A DNA stretch of 63,728 bases, filler included, from Octopus bimaculoides (Eukaryota): NCBI RefSeq assembly GCF_001194135.2. It is 5 parts of 4 records of this genome, joined end to end, with 100 filler letters (N's around TTAATTAATTAA, not from the genome) between each part and the next. Parts side by side here need not be neighbours in the genome. Positions count along the whole stretch, not along the records: positions 25,722 to 54,706 come from NC_068981.1; 4 more parts are not named here. The stretch is one strand, 5' to 3'. Below, in pieces: positions 25,622 through 39,830 of the stretch. The first letter of the stretch is position 1, and every line of letters starts with the position of its first letter. The position numbers and the translations under genes are program-made. The notes beneath the pieces are model-generated. The model saw nothing but the letters and a program-made list of their open reading frames with translations, was not told the origin of the DNA and made no database searches.

Positions 25622-25721
25622 NNNNNNNNNNNNNNNNNNNNNNNNNNNNNNNNNNNNNNNNNNNNTTAATTAATTAANNNNNNNNNNNNNNNNNNNNNNN
25701 NNNNNNNNNNNNNNNNNNNNN

Positions 25722-25758
<37 letters not shown>

Positions 25759-25985
25759 TCACTCGTGTGATTCCTTACAACTTTACGTTGTTATATATAT
25801 ATATGCCATGCTTGATCACTAAATTCTTAAGTTTTTTCATTCTCTGTTTATTTTCTCTTATTCCTTTCTGTTGAAGAGCATAGGCTCAAAACACAAGACT
25901 TTTCTTACTTTCCCGAGCATCGAACTAATACACCTGCTTGTTGTTCATACTCTCCAGTTTCTTGTATAATCTTTTACAAACATAA
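25420..25985 (+). repeat. Two diverged copies of a Penelope-type terminal repeat (third at ~28180-28305)
   Basis: Shared TTCCTTTCTGTTGA(T/A)GAGC(G/A)TAGGCT..AAAC..AAGACTTT..AACTAATACACCTG at ~25420-25570 and ~25835-25985. Confidence 0.5.
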
Positions 25986-28900
25986 ATGCTGTGTTGTGTG
26001 ACAGTTTTTCTAACTTTTATTTAAACATATATTAGCATGTGTGGTTCAGTGAATTTAGATTTTTACAGTTGGATGTGCTTCCACTCAACTGTAGCAAGAG
26101 GCTGATATTTATTTTGTTGTGGTTTGGTGTCTACAATTTACGGTTTATTTATCCTCCTAAACAAAAACAACTAATCGATGATGGATACTATATTGTGTAT
26201 AGAAACATTGTTTCAAAACTTTAAAATTTTTGCAGATGCAAACCACCTTGGACTCTCTTTAGTTTCCAGTATTTAAAATTGTCTGCCTGAAAAAAAATTT
26301 TTTTTTTCTTCTGTCCTCTGTTTTTTCAGAGCCTCCCTATTTTTTTCAATCTGATGGTGAATTAAAGTTTACCAACCTGACATTATTTATCCTGTTTTTA
26401 TTTTCCTGGTCTTTCCATTATTTTCTATTCCATTGACATATTATCATTTAAATTTTAGTATCATCTGCTGCAATAAAAATAGTTTGAGTTACATTATTAT
26501 TATGAATTCGAGTTACATTATTAATATTACTTGTTCAAACACAAAACAAAATACATTGTAATATTTAGGTGTGTCTCATTTTCTGGTGAGGTCAGTATAT
26601 GACATCAGTTTTTACATTTAATTTTTCCAGGTTTGATAAATAAGTAGCAGTCAACTATTGAATTTGATCTAATAAACTATTACTCTCTATCACTACTACA
26701 AAAAATATATGCAGCCTTGTACCTGCCAAACCTCTGAGTTATCAGAATAAACAAACCAAAACTGGTTATCTAGTAGTGGTGGGGAACAAGCACAAAAACA
26801 TATATGCATATGTGCACACACACGGCAGACTTCTTTGAGTTTCCTTCAACCAAATCCACACACGAGGCTTTGGTTACCTGGGGCTGTAGTAAAAGCCACT
26901 TGGCCACTTGGCCAAAGTGCCATGCAGTGGGATTGAGCTCAAACCCATGCCGTTGGGAAGTAAGCTTCTTACCACACTGCCATGTCTGCGCTTATGTGGA
27001 ATTTCTCTCTCAATTCTGTGTATCTTTTAAAAATCTATTGGTTAATTAGTTTCTTTATAAAGAGTTCTTCCATTCAGACTGGAAATGTTGTTAACTTGAG
27101 ACATGGTGATAATAGATCCTGTGCAATGTTTTCTGTCAAACTGTGATTGCAGTGTGACAGATTACTGGGCTATATACTATGTGTAAAAGTAAAGTGGTTG
27201 CAGTAACATGTCAGATGTGATATACATTATTATGTCTAGATATTCTTTCTTTTAACAGCTTAGCTTTCATCAGTTGCATTGGTCCAGGTCTCTCTCTCTC
27301 CCCTCCCTCCCTCCCTTTGAAATAGAATGAAATTGGCTAAGGATAGTGAAGGAAGCATTTATCCAGGACTGACATGTGCACTTCATGTGGATTTGCTTCT
27401 GTATGTTGTTCACAGTGGCCCTGCTATTTGTATTCTACTTGTTTGTAAGAAGTTCTCCAAAAAACTTCTATCTACGATTTTGTTGTCGGTAAAATATTTG
27501 AGCCAGCACCAGCTTGCTGTTGTTGAGTTTCAAGCTTGTTACTTCTTCATACTTTCAGTTTTCCATCTTAAAGTACCAAACAAGATTCATTTCCTCTTAC
27601 CTCTGACTCCCTTGTAATGTTACATTAACTTACTGCTGAAATGTTACTGTGATCTGAAGGCATTAGAGAGGAGAAAAAAAAACAAACAAACAAACAGACT
27701 ATGCTGAATGAAGAACTCCTCAGTCTGGTAAGGAATAGATAAACACCAGGAAATATGTCTATTGCCACTACACAAAGATTATATATTCATCAGATTTTGC
27801 AAGAAAATTAACCAAGTTAGTTGGAGTGGAGCTATTTTGTGACACCTGTCACTGTATGCCAAAATACCTGTGATAATGCCATTAAAACCAATATTAACTT
27901 TGTTAATGATAGCAACTTAAATCTTGAAAACTTATACAAGATTTGTGAACATGCAGGTATAGCTGTGTGGTAAGAAGTTTGCTTTCAGGTTCAGAGACCC
28001 ACTGTGTGGAACCTTGTGCAAGTGTCTTCTATAACCTTGGACCAATCTAAGCTTTGTGAGTAGATTTGTTAGGCAAAAACTGAAAGAAATCCATTTTGTG
28101 TGTTTGTGGCCCATTTCATCTTGCTGAACCATTAATCCCTACACATTTTTTTTTCTCTTTCTCTCTCCATTTTTTTTTCCTCTCTCAATCCTTTCGGTCG
28201 ATGAGTGCAGGCTTGAAACATCAAAGACTTTTCTATTCTTACCAGGCATTAAAACTAATACATCTGCTTGTTGTTCTTTCATCTGTCTTTTGTTTTCTAT
28301 AAATTTGAACTCGGTGTATGTGTGTGTGTGTCTTTATTTTCAATCTTTTACTTGTTTTCAATCATTGGACTCTGACTATGCTGAGGCATTGCTGTGAAGG
28401 GTTTAGTTGAAAAAAATCAACTCCAGTACTTATAATCAAGCCGGGTATTTATTCTATTAGTCTCTTTTGCCAAACCACCAGGTTACAGAGGCAAAAACAA
28501 ATCAACACCAGTTGTCAAGTGATGGTAGTGAGGGATAAACACAAAAGATGCATACACACGTATACACACACGGTTTCTTTCAGTTTCTGCCTACCAAATC
28601 CACTCAGAAAGCTTTGGTTGGCCTGGGTCTATAGTAGAAGACCCAAGGTGCTGTACAGTGGAACTGAACAGAAAACCACATAGTTAGGAAGCAAGCGTTT
28701 TCACTATGTAACTGCACCTGCACTGCTATTCCTGTGTCTAGGGCAATGCATTTCATTATATAAAATATTGACAGAAAAGTTTACAAAAGAAAATATTAGA
28801 GCTGTTTAGTTATTGTCTTAAATATCAAACAGAAACTGTGTCAGCAGTGACTTTCTCACTGTCAAGCTAAGTACTGGCTACTAAGGAATCAGAAAAGATG

Positions 28901-29849
28901 CCAACAGATTTCAGATTTTTAAAAATCAAATCCTATTTTCTTCTTTTTAACTATCATTAAGATATCAATAATGATATGTTAATCAGCTTATTAATAAAAG
29001 AATTATATTGGACTCTTGATTTTACTTCAGAAAATACAGTTTGTTACCATTGGTTTCAATTTTCAATTCATCAAGGACTCAAATGATTGATGCCTTTGGG
29101 AAAGGCATGAATATATTTGATTTCTTTATCTATAACTGTTTGCTTGTATTAAAAAAAAAAAATCAATATTTATTGTTTGTTTTATGCCTTGGTGGCATAT
29201 TTGTGTGTGTGTGTGTGTTCATCACTATAGTGGCAGATGGCATTAAGTGCTTGTTGTTGGTTTGTCTCGGGTCAGGTGTAATTGAGGAGATCAAGGCATT
29301 GCAGCCATGATATTCATGTTTTCTACATATCTAAAATTACATTCTAAAATTATATTCTTCAATGTGTCCTTTAATAAAGATGGTACTGTGTTGAGGGAAT
29401 TTAACTGTAATTTCTAGCAAGTTGAGCAACCATGTAGTGGTACCATCATTGGCTTGAACAAGCTGTTGTTGAGCTTCAGATCATAGACTCTTGTTATTTT
29501 ATGAGGCCATTTTTTCAAACAGTTGGTTATTGTTATGATTTAAGGGAGATTAGATTGCTATTTTTTGTTGGTCAAGTGACTGTAGAGGCTCTCTCGTTGG
29601 CTTGTTGGTGGCTATGTCATCAAAAGTAAAAGCCAATGGATTCATGTGCTTCATATTACGTATGTTTATCTTTTGTTTTCTTTTCCTTGATCTAAGCCTT
29701 TCTATAAATGCAAAAGATAAAAACATTGTGAGATGAGTAAATAGTCCTAATCAATTGATTAGCAGATAAAATAGATTGTTTTATATGGGTGGAGTTGAGG
29801 TAAGAATGCAGTGAGAAAAAAATGATTATACTTCAGTGAATATAGTGTA

Positions 29850-29945
29850 CAGTAATGCCTCAATATACAAGTTAATTCCTTCCTGGAGAAAACTCGTAAA
29901 CCCAGGGTCTCGTAAAACGAGTCCTCATAAAGTGAGGTATTACTG
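29850..29945. mobile_element. Tc1/pogo-type MITE (96 bp)
   Basis: TIRs CAGTAATGCCTCA / TGAGGTATTACTG (1 mismatch); TA target duplication on both sides. Confidence 0.85.
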
Positions 29946-30994
29946 TACTTTTAACAAGGGAGAAACATTATTCATCACCTAAATTTTATTTCCTGCATGC
30001 CAACACTCTTAACAGTTGACAAAGCTGTGCCACTGTTGCCATTGCTTACTGTCTAATATAAGCACAAGGCTTAAAATTTTGTGGGGAGGGGGCTAGTCGA
30101 TTACATCAACTGGTACTTATTTTATTGACCTAGAAAGGAATGAAAGGCAACATTTGAACTGTGAATGTAAAGTCAGAAGAAATGCTGCCAAGCATTTTGT
30201 CTGCTCTGGTAATGATTTTGTCAGCTAGCCACCTTTTACATAGATTAATTAAAGAAATCAATAAAGTTAGTTAACTTTCAACTTGAATTTTTAAAGGTTG
30301 ATGTCTGAAGGGAAAATTTGGGCAAGTTGGAAGTTTGAGGTTTTTTTTAGTTTTTGTCAAACTGTTCAGTACAGGGAATTAGGAGTGTAATACAACAGGG
30401 ACAACACAATGGTGACATGTAGATGAATGTGGTTGCAAGTTTATTAGTTTATTAATTCAGAGAAGCAATTGATGTAGTTGGTTGAGTGAAAACTTACCAA
30501 TCAGTTGGATGGGCATTTTATTATTATTATTATTTTTTTTTATTAATGTTGTCTAGAATCTTCATATATAACAACTAGTCTGCCTTAAGTAAGTTGTAGA
30601 CATGCTTGTACTCATACAGAAGTAGCAGTTTTTAGCTCTGAATGTAAAAAAAAACAAAATACAATTTTATAGAAAGTATCTATAACCTAGATGTTACAGA
30701 TATGTGATCACCATAAGAGATTACTAGATTGTGAAGTGTAGCATTTCTAAAGTTGGTGAAATCTTTGTAAGTTGTTAATGAGTGAAAAAAGTGTAGTGTA
30801 GTAGATGTGTTTCATTTATATATGTGCTGATTGTATTTTGGTTCTGTTAAAGAGGACTAGATTTTTTTTTATATATATACTCTTTCTAGTGTTGGTGCTA
30901 CTCTAAAAATCTATTCAGTACACTTTGTAAAGTGACTGATGTTAGAAGGGGCATCCAGCCACAAGAACCATGCCAAACATATAACTTGCAAATG

Positions 30995-31190
30995 AGACAT
31001 GATTCTCGGCACCTTGAATTCATGTCCCAATACACCACTGATATTTGGCATGTAAGGGGCTCAGATAATTCTGTTGCTGACACACTTTATCATGTTCACA
31101 TTGATACATTACACACTACTGCCTCTATCAATCTCCAAATGTTAGCTGCCAACCAGGAAAACAATGAAGAATTCCACAAACTTTGAAATT
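30995..31190 (+). mobile_element. Gypsy pol fragment (RNase H C-terminus)
   Basis: RHLEFMSQYTTDIWHVRGSDNSVADTL matches the RHLxxISQFTTDIRHVxGxDNxVADALSR motif. Confidence 0.7.
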
Positions 31191-31303
31191 CTTCTTCTCT
31201 CTCTGTAAACTTCTTCCTCAACCCTCTTCTCCTAGTTATATTTCCACAAGTCCTGAATGTCCCCATGTTCCAAAGAAGCATGGACATTTGGCGTTTTTTC
31301 TAA

Positions 31304-31453
<150 letters not shown>

Positions 31454-33342
31454 TGTGTTTTATATATTCATTAATTCAAAGGTGTTGTTCCTCTATCACT
31501 GCTCTGAGATTCTTGTTTTCATTTTTTTTGTTAAATGCAGAAATGAAAAATAGAGTAGCAATAAGGGGAATTTGCCATTCCAATAACAACACACCAAAAT
31601 ATCGAAGGGTATTAACCATGAATAAGAACTGGCTTGGACTGTGATGGCCTGTCTAACCTATGCCAACATGGAAAGCATGCATAAAATGATAATGGTGGTG
31701 GTAGGGAATTCTCAAGATCTTTATTTATGTAAGTGATATATATCTAATGTAAGATTTTTCGGTTTATGTGAATGATTCCTGTGCAAAAGATTATCAGTGA
31801 ACAAAAGATGGTATTGTATGTATAGTAATATGTGTAGAGAGTGCAAATTTAGGAGTGTAACCGAGCTAGAGATAGTAGCACGTGAATTGAAAAATGTTAT
31901 GAGGGAGTAAACAGAGTGGATATTTGAAGTACCAGAGCTTTCATTAGCAGAGAATGCTATGTGGTTGGTTGATGTGATCAGGGAAGCATTGATAATATAA
32001 TGTAAGACAATTTTATGATTTTAGAGACTATGTGGGTTGAGTTAAAGATAAACTTGGATATAACAGAAGTCAAGCATGTTCATTACGTGTGTATGTGAAC
32101 CAAAGTGTCAAGCCAGGTGGACAAGATTTTGGCCTCTGTACAAAACAGAATCAGTATGAAAGATCCTAAAAGAGTTATGATAGTGAAGTCATCTAGGAAG
32201 ATATCCTCAGGGAGAGTTATCTCTAGGTATGCAAGTCATCCTGGAAGATGATTTTGGAGAGAGAGAGAGGCAGAGATCTTTAGGAATGCATTGAGGCCAT
32301 GTCAGTGATTTCAATGCATTCCTAGACAAGAGAACAAATGAATTTAGAAGAATTAGGACATTGGGTTCTTAAGATATAGCTGCTGTTTACTATGAATAGT
32401 GGGTATTGTTGATTTAATTTATTAACTAACAGCAGAAGCTGGTAAATGGTGTTGAGTCCATTGATGTAGAGGACAGGGAATTGTATAGAGATTGTTTCTT
32501 GTTCTATTTTAGGGATTTCAATATTTTTGTAAGACAAATTGAATGTTTGATGAAAGGGGAGATAAACCAAACCTAGGGTCTGCTACTAACCACAAGAGCA
32601 ATCTCTCTTGTGCAGTTGGAAATCAAAAACCCCATGCTTGTTAGAAGAAGTAGCAGTTACAAACTGAGGGAGAATAGAATATGGAATTATGTAGCAACTA
32701 ATAAGGTATCTTCCCAAAGTTTTACTTATTTAGAAAAATAAGTATCTAAAAAAGAAAGGAGGAAGATTTGCAATAAAGGAGTAACTATCCATCCCATACC
32801 AGTATGGAAAATGGATGTTAAATTGTGATGATGACTAAGAAAAGTAAAATAGAAAAGAGGGAGTGGATTGGAATTGAGAGATGCTAGATTAGGGAGTCAA
32901 AAATGAAGAAAATTTAAATTAGTCATGTCAAATGCAGCCCACAAGACTTTCTGTTTGGCACACTTAACAAAAAATTACCTTGAATATTTTTAGTAGTGCA
33001 ACCTGCTTGATAATGAGTCCTGTTTCATGTGGCCTACTTCTCAAAAAAAGTTGTTTCTGCCTGATTTAAACCAGCCATATCAGGCCAAAATATTCTACCA
33101 GTTCAAACTGGTCAGATTCAACCTACCCTACAATGTCATTCTAAAAGTATACAAATACACCATTGAAATCTCGAGACTACAAGATAATGCATGATTAATT
33201 CAAAACAATGTGAATAAATAAGCATTACATTTGACAAAATAATCTAAATGCTAAAGTGTTAAATTATGTTTGCATCAGAGAAGACCTGTTGTTACTGAAT
33301 AGCCATACTTCAACTCTATGAGCAGATCTATGATCAAAGACG

Positions 33343-33373
<31 letters not shown>

Positions 33374-34794
33374 CTTTTTTAAAAACTGTAGTCTGTGATT
33401 CAAGTAAGATTTGGTTTATATACAAACATAATAGAAAATATTATGAGATGGTTGTAAAATATTTGCCAGAGACTAAAGTTGTTCCAACAGTTTGGGCTCA
33501 GAAAGTTAAAGCAAAGCAGATTCTTTGTATTAGTATATGGATATATAAGCATAAAAGATAATTCTATTGATTTTTATTGATGATTTCAGTATTCTGCTGG
33601 GGCTGAAACTACATCTATCTTATGCCATCTACAGATTCTCTTGCATTTTTCTTTTCAATTTCTGTCTCAAAGGAATAAGCCGGATTTTTTCTTTGTATAG
33701 GAAATAATCCTCAGATTTTAAAAGCAAAGCAATTACTGTTTCTTCTCACAAAGGCTTCATACATATTAATTGTAGCTTTGTCAAGTCAGTGTCTTATGTA
33801 AGTCGGTGTCTCTCTCTCTCTCTCTCCCTCTTTCTCGCTATATTTTCTATAGATAGATAGATAGATAAAGCTGATCATAATCTATTGGTTATATTATTCC
33901 TGTTTTGTATACAGCACCATTATAGGAAGAACTAAAAAAAAAATCCTATTGTGCTTTTAAATGTTAATGGACAGTAGTATGTCTTAATCATCAGTTTCAT
34001 TAACAACACAGTTAATGCTTCCTCCCCATCCCATCTTGTATTTTACTAAGGCTAGGTATTGTCTACAGAATTACTGGAATTTGTTTCTAATGTAATTTCT
34101 GAAATATCTCTAAACTAACATTACTTATTGCTGTTTCAGTATTGACCGCCAGTGAAATGATGTTCAACCTACATCGTCAAATTAGATTGCCCACATCACC
34201 CAACTCATTTTCCTGAAAATGAGTTGGCGAGTGACATGTAGTGAGTTTCCATGGAGGTTAAAATTGCTTTCCTTCTGAAAGGTACAGTTGTGTCAACATT
34301 TAACCCTTTGAATCTGTATTTCAAAAAATAACACAATCTATCAAACAAGCTTCAGACAACTGTGTTGCATCTGAGGCAAGCAGTTATAATTTGGTGAGAT
34401 CTGACAATTATATTCTTGTGTAACTTAAGGTCAGTGAGTGATGAGGCAGGGATCACAGGTTTGTCTTCCCAGTTCCACTTTGTCTTAGCTAGCTAGGACC
34501 TGACTGCACACTTGGACACGCAGTAATGAATCGTATGAGCATGTAGCATGCAAGTCTTAATTACATTGCTCTCTCTATACTGTTCCGTCTACTCTTGCAC
34601 AGCCATAGATTCTGGTGGTGGCCACAGTGATGGTAAGCAAGGTGGATACTGTTGGAGTTGCTGCTCTTTGCAATTATTGATGGTGTAGTGTATAATCAAG
34701 CACAATAGAGTTAGAGGCTAGTGAGGGTATTAGTGCTGCAAGCATTTCTATTTACAGTATATGCATTATTTATGCTTATTTGAGCTGAATGAAT

Positions 34795-34832
<38 letters not shown>

Positions 34833-35402
34833 GGCGAGAGAGGGAGAAATAGAGGTATAGATAGAGTATTTAGGATGTTGTTGCAGTAGTGCTGTCTCAG
34901 TGTTTGGAGGTGGCTTTTCATGTAGTGACATGGACTGTATGAGAGGAGTTTGAAGTTTCCTATGGCAACAAACTACCACTTATATATTTAAATGGTCTTT
35001 TGTTCTTTCGTTGTTGGTGGTATGGCATTATGGTCTGTGTACAACTGATGATACGTAATGCATTGTTTTGTTCTTTGTAGTTTGTTGTGAGATTGCAGGC
35101 CCAGCTATAGCAACAGTCCACAATGGATCTAATGTTTGTACACCACTATTTCTTTCTAGTAGTTAAATGAGATTGCTCTAAGTGTTTGTACATCGTTTTA
35201 TTTTTCGCTTCAGGTTTTCAGTTTTTTGGGGTTTTTTTCAGTATGTCTTATATATATCTTCTTTTCCAGTGACATTCTTCACTGATATTGGCAAACAGGA
35301 CANNNNNNNNNNNNNNNNNNNNNNNNNNNNNNNNNNNNNNNNNNNNNNNNNNNNNNNNNNNNNNNNNNNNNNNNNNNNNNNNNNNNNNNNNNNNNNNNNN
35401 NN

Positions 35403-35447
35403 ACAGACAGACAGACAGACACACATTCTCATTTTTATATATATAGA
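35403..35447 (-). mobile_element. Helitron 5' end, same family as 7349
   Basis: Minus strand A|TCTATATATATAAAAATGAGAATGTGTGTCTGTCTG, running into a gap. Confidence 0.65.
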
Positions 35448-35711
35448 TGGTGATGGTGGTAAGAATATGATAACAGAAAATTGAGTATACATCTTTTTTG
35501 AAACATTAACTGGACTGACAAATTAGTAATGAAAGAATCTAAACTAGGAATCAAAACCTTACTGATGAAGTCAGAATATTATTGAAATCTCTTCAGAGTT
35601 GTCTCTCTTATTTGCTGAAGAAATGAATAAAAGACTTGTTAGCTGTTTAATGTTCCCTATGTTATAACACTAACTCAACTTGTTTTTTAGTGGCATCTCT
35701 GAATTCATTAT

Positions 35712-35900
35712 CATCATTTAACATCCGCTTTCCATGCTGGCATGGGTAAGACCATTTGACTGGAACTGGTAAGCCAGAGAGCTGCACCAGGCTCCTGTCT
35801 GATTTGGCATGGTTTCTACGGCTGGATGCCCTTCCTAATGCCAACCACTCCACAAGTATAATTGGTACCTTTTACGTGCCACCAGCACAGGTGACAGTTA
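35712..35900 (-). mobile_element. SINE (family C, (GAT)n tail)
   Basis: GGCATCCAGCCGTAGAAACC..CATGCCAGCATGGAAAGCGGATGTTAAATGATGAT on minus strand; other copies ~49238-49411 (-) and 52360-52515 (+). Confidence 0.7.
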
Positions 35901-37166
35901 CATGACACTAGCCATGACCTTGACTACAATTTCCTGGGTGCCATTTATATGACACTGTCAATGACCAGGAGTATGGTTTCACTTGGCTTGACAAGTCTTC
36001 TCAAGTACAACACATCGCCATGGTCTCGGTCACTTGTCATCACCTCCATGAGGTCCAGCATTCGAAGATCATGCTACAGGCAATGGCCACAATTACAGTT
36101 TGATGGGTACCATTTACATGACACTAGCAATGGCCATGACTATGATTTCACTTGGTTTGATGGGTTTTCTCAATTATCCTATTATAAATTTGAGTGATGT
36201 TTCTCTGTTACGTTTTTATGTTCGTTAACTCCTCCTAGACCATTCGTGCAAGGACAATGAAACTCAGACCAATAACTCCCCTAATCCCAGGGAATGTCTT
36301 AAGGGGGTCTATTTTTTTTAAGGGTCACCTATTTGGGACCCCACTGAATCCCCCCCTCCCTAGTTTTACTACATTTTAAACTAAATACATGGCATTGGTG
36401 ACCAAATCAGATCAATGACAATAAATTTCATACCATGAACTTCCAGGGAATATTGTAAGGTTCAGTTTCTGAAGGGCCGCTTAAATGGGGCACCACTGAC
36501 CCCCCTATTTTTACTGCATTTACCTTGCTCCTATGCTTATTGATTAAACTATGATCAGCATCAGTGCTTAGCATATTAGCAGAAATAAGTTTGAGCATTC
36601 TAAATACTTTCACATACATTCAAATTGAGATAAAAAGTTATAACAGGTACATTTCAAGTGTGGTCGTGTGGATATTTCTATTTTGTAGATTATGAAACTT
36701 ATGTCTAGTATATAAAATTAAGTTTAAGATATTTATTTAGTTTACTAAAGGAAAAGAATGACATAAAAATTGTGACTCAGTATTGTATGGAGAGAAATCC
36801 ACATGAATACATTTGAAAAATAAACAATTAGATTCAATAAGTTTTAAAAAGTTGAACAATCCTCAAATTGTTTAAGTTTGCATGTGTATTTGCAACCAGC
36901 TACTGTCATTATGTTAGAGATCCAGTTGTGATTTCAAGGGAAGACATCTAGAAAACAGGCCTTGTTAAGCAGTTTAATTTAAGCCTCAGCTAAAAAAGAA
37001 AAATAAAAAAAAAAAAAGAAAGAAAGAAAGAAACTCTGGGGTTGGCATAACCTCACATTCAGGTCCTTAGTTTGTTCTTGTCAACACAGCTAAGGCCATT
37101 CAGAAGCATTGTCTTCAGTAAAGTGCAATAGAAAGGTAGCTTTATCAGAATTATAGGCTCTTTTAA

Positions 37167-37381
37167 CTCTTTTGAAACCAACCAGCTCAAGATTGCCTCT
37201 GTTCCTATTATACAAACTTCATATTTCAAAATGATCTAAATTAGTACCTTGCCTGAAAATTTCACATTTGTTCTGAAAAACCAGCTAAATAATAGCAGTT
37301 ATTTCACTAAATTATTCATTATTTTCAAAATTAATTGAATCAAAGGCAGGATATTTCAGCAGAAATAAGGTAGCAAAAGAG
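37167..37381. mobile_element. piggyBac-type MITE
   Basis: TTAA flanks at 37163-37166 and 37382-37385; TIRs CTCTTTTGAAACC / GGTAGCAAAAGAG (11 of 13 match). TTAA-ended MITE fragments also at ~33055-33262 and 52540-52686. Confidence 0.7.
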
Positions 37382-37892
37382 TTAATGACAGTAGGTTGTA
37401 ATTATAGATTTGGTTACTATTTCTAGCTGGTTGAGTGACCATATGTAGGCTTCTACATTGGTTCATCAGATTGTTTGTTTTAGCACCCAATCCATTAGAT
37501 ATTGATACCTTTTGATATCGTCTTAGTTATCCATTCTCATTTCAACTACAGGCGGGTTCCACATTATAATTTTCTGATGTCTATGCTTGCAGCAAAGAAT
37601 TTCAACATGATCTGGAACACATTTTTTTTCATTATAGCATTCGTGATTCATTTAATATTTCAGCCATTATTCTGTTACAATCTTGTTTGAGTACTTGATC
37701 TATGGTCACCGCCAGCAAAGCCTCTTCCCGCCTGTCTAAATCCCTTTCACACAACCACAGGCATAGTTGTGTGGTTAGACGTTTGCTTTTCAACCACATA
37801 GTCTTGGATTACCTTGGATAAATGTCTTTTACTGTAGCCTCAGGCTGACAAAAGCCTTGTGAGTGGATTTGGTGGGCAGAAAGAAGCCCATC

Positions 37893-37934
<42 letters not shown>

Positions 37935-38864
37935 TAATGTATGTGTGTGCATGTGTATGAGTGTGTGTTACTGTCTCCTTGCCTTGACTTTGTGTAGTAG
38001 TTGTAAATGTGTGTCACTGCCATGCAAACATTGTTTCATTGCCAATCTTCCATGAAATTTAGTCTGATCATGGAGAAATGTTACCTTAAATGAAAGCAGA
38101 TGAGGATTGGTAATAGAAAAGGCATCTGGTCATAGAAAATTTCCCTCAACAGATTCTGCCCAGCCCATACGAGCATGGAAATGTGAAAATTTAAAAAGAA
38201 AACCGAATTCTAGAATTCTCTTACCTTCAGCTGGAAGCTGCTTAAGTTTATCTCTAATTTTTCTCTTCTTGATTGTTAATTATGCTGTCTGTTTTGTCAT
38301 ATACTCAATGTTTTTGCAACTCAAGTTCAGAGCTGGTGTTAAATACCAATAAATAATCTGTCAGATACAACACCTGTATCTAATTTTTTTCTCTAGTTTG
38401 TAACACATTTTGTAGTATGACATAACCTCTTTTGCTGTTGCCACCACCACAACCACCACCAACTCCCTCACTTTTACTGTTGCATAAGACAGAATGCTAA
38501 AGTGCCTGTAGTATTTAGCTATAGCCTTTTACCTCCTTAGTTCAGATCTTGCTAAGTTTATCTGTGCCTTTCATCCTTCTGGGTTCAATAAAATAAAGTT
38601 ACTGGTCAGGTGTTGGGATTGATATAATTGGCTGTACCCATCCCTAAATTTGAGATCTTGTACCTAATTATAAAATTATTCACCGGGCAAAATACTTAGC
38701 AGTATTTCATCTGTCAAGTTCCAAGTTCAAATTACGCTGAGGTTGATTTTGCCTTTCATCCTTTCGGGGTTGATAAAAAAATGTACCAGTGGAGCACTGG
38801 AGTCAATGTAATCAATTAACCCCATCCCCAACTTACTGGCTTTGTGCCAAAATTTGAAACCATT

Positions 38865-39420
38865 ATTATTATTATTATTATTAAGTGAGAGTGCAGTACA
38901 TGCCATCAAAGTGACACTGGGGTAAAATATACGAAGCCCAGTATACCCATCATGACTACCTGTCTGATAAGGGAACACCAGGCACATGCATCACAGCCAT
39001 ATGTACGTGACATGGTGGTCTCCTATCAAGATAAACATTGCATGACCTTACAAGTGAGGCCCAGTTAGAATTTTCCTCAGGTCGAGTAGCCTATCCTGCT
39101 CAAAAGGTCCTTGAATAAGGGTTGTTTAAGGATGTTGAATGAAACACCCATGTTTCCAGAGGTAAATTATTCAAACTCCTAAGAATTCCCCTCAGCGCGC
39201 AGCTATGATGTTCCCCCACTACTTCTGCTCATGATCAGAGATGCACATATCATCAACCACCAAAAGCCATGCTCAACTGGTTATGGTCAAACAACTGACA
39301 AGCAAATCTGTGGTATTGAACAGAATATTTGCTGTAGCCCATCTTTTATACCAAGACAAAACATGTACATGAAAGTACTTCCAATCAGTTAAGATCAGAA
39401 GCCACGAAAGCCAGTACTTG
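38865..39420 (-). mobile_element. Retroposon 3' segment with (AAT)n tail
   Basis: Minus-strand sequence ends in (AAT)n at ~38865-38883; no ORF; family assignment by pattern recognition only. Confidence 0.5.
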
Positions 39421-39434
39421 GTACTGCATATTAT

Positions 39435-39830
39435 TATTTTGGTTTGGCTCAGGTTCGGTCTTATTCCTGGTAGGATTTATGTAGGTAACAGGTTACTACT
39501 TGTAACTTTAGGTATCCACAAGTTTTCAGTGGTCTTTCAAGTGCTTAGAACCCACCTGATAATCCTTGCTGTCCCTAAGGGACAAACTTTCTGTAGGAGC
39601 TCTACCAGGCATTCTATTCCAATCTCCTTCAGCCATTTGTCTATATCTTTGGTTACTGTTCCCTATGCACCAATTATTATAAGCATCACCTTTACTGTTC
39701 TCATGCTCCAAATTCTTCCTCTTTCTTTACGATCCCAGAATCAAACAGCCATGATGGGTCAATCAGTAAGCAATTTCTCTTTTCCTTATCTATAATTGTT
39801 ATATCCAGTCTACTGTTTTCTAACTTCTTG
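39435..39830 (-). mobile_element. R4/Dong-type LINE 3' fragment
   Basis: Aligns with 370-560 (CTTATTCCTGGTA..GGTTACTAC.TGTAAC.TTAGGTA..GACAAACTTTCTGTAGGAGCT). Confidence 0.75.

Noticed and set aside
25666-25677. TTAATTAATTAA motif recurring at 25666, 54751, 59187 and 61308
   Set aside because: Each sits centred in a 100-bp gap (44 N + 12 + 44 N) and gives stop codons in all six frames: an assembly spacer, not biology.
36300-36510. Short AGGGGGTC / GACCCCCT inverted ends
   Set aside because: Match is only 8-9 bp, with no TSD or further arm similarity.
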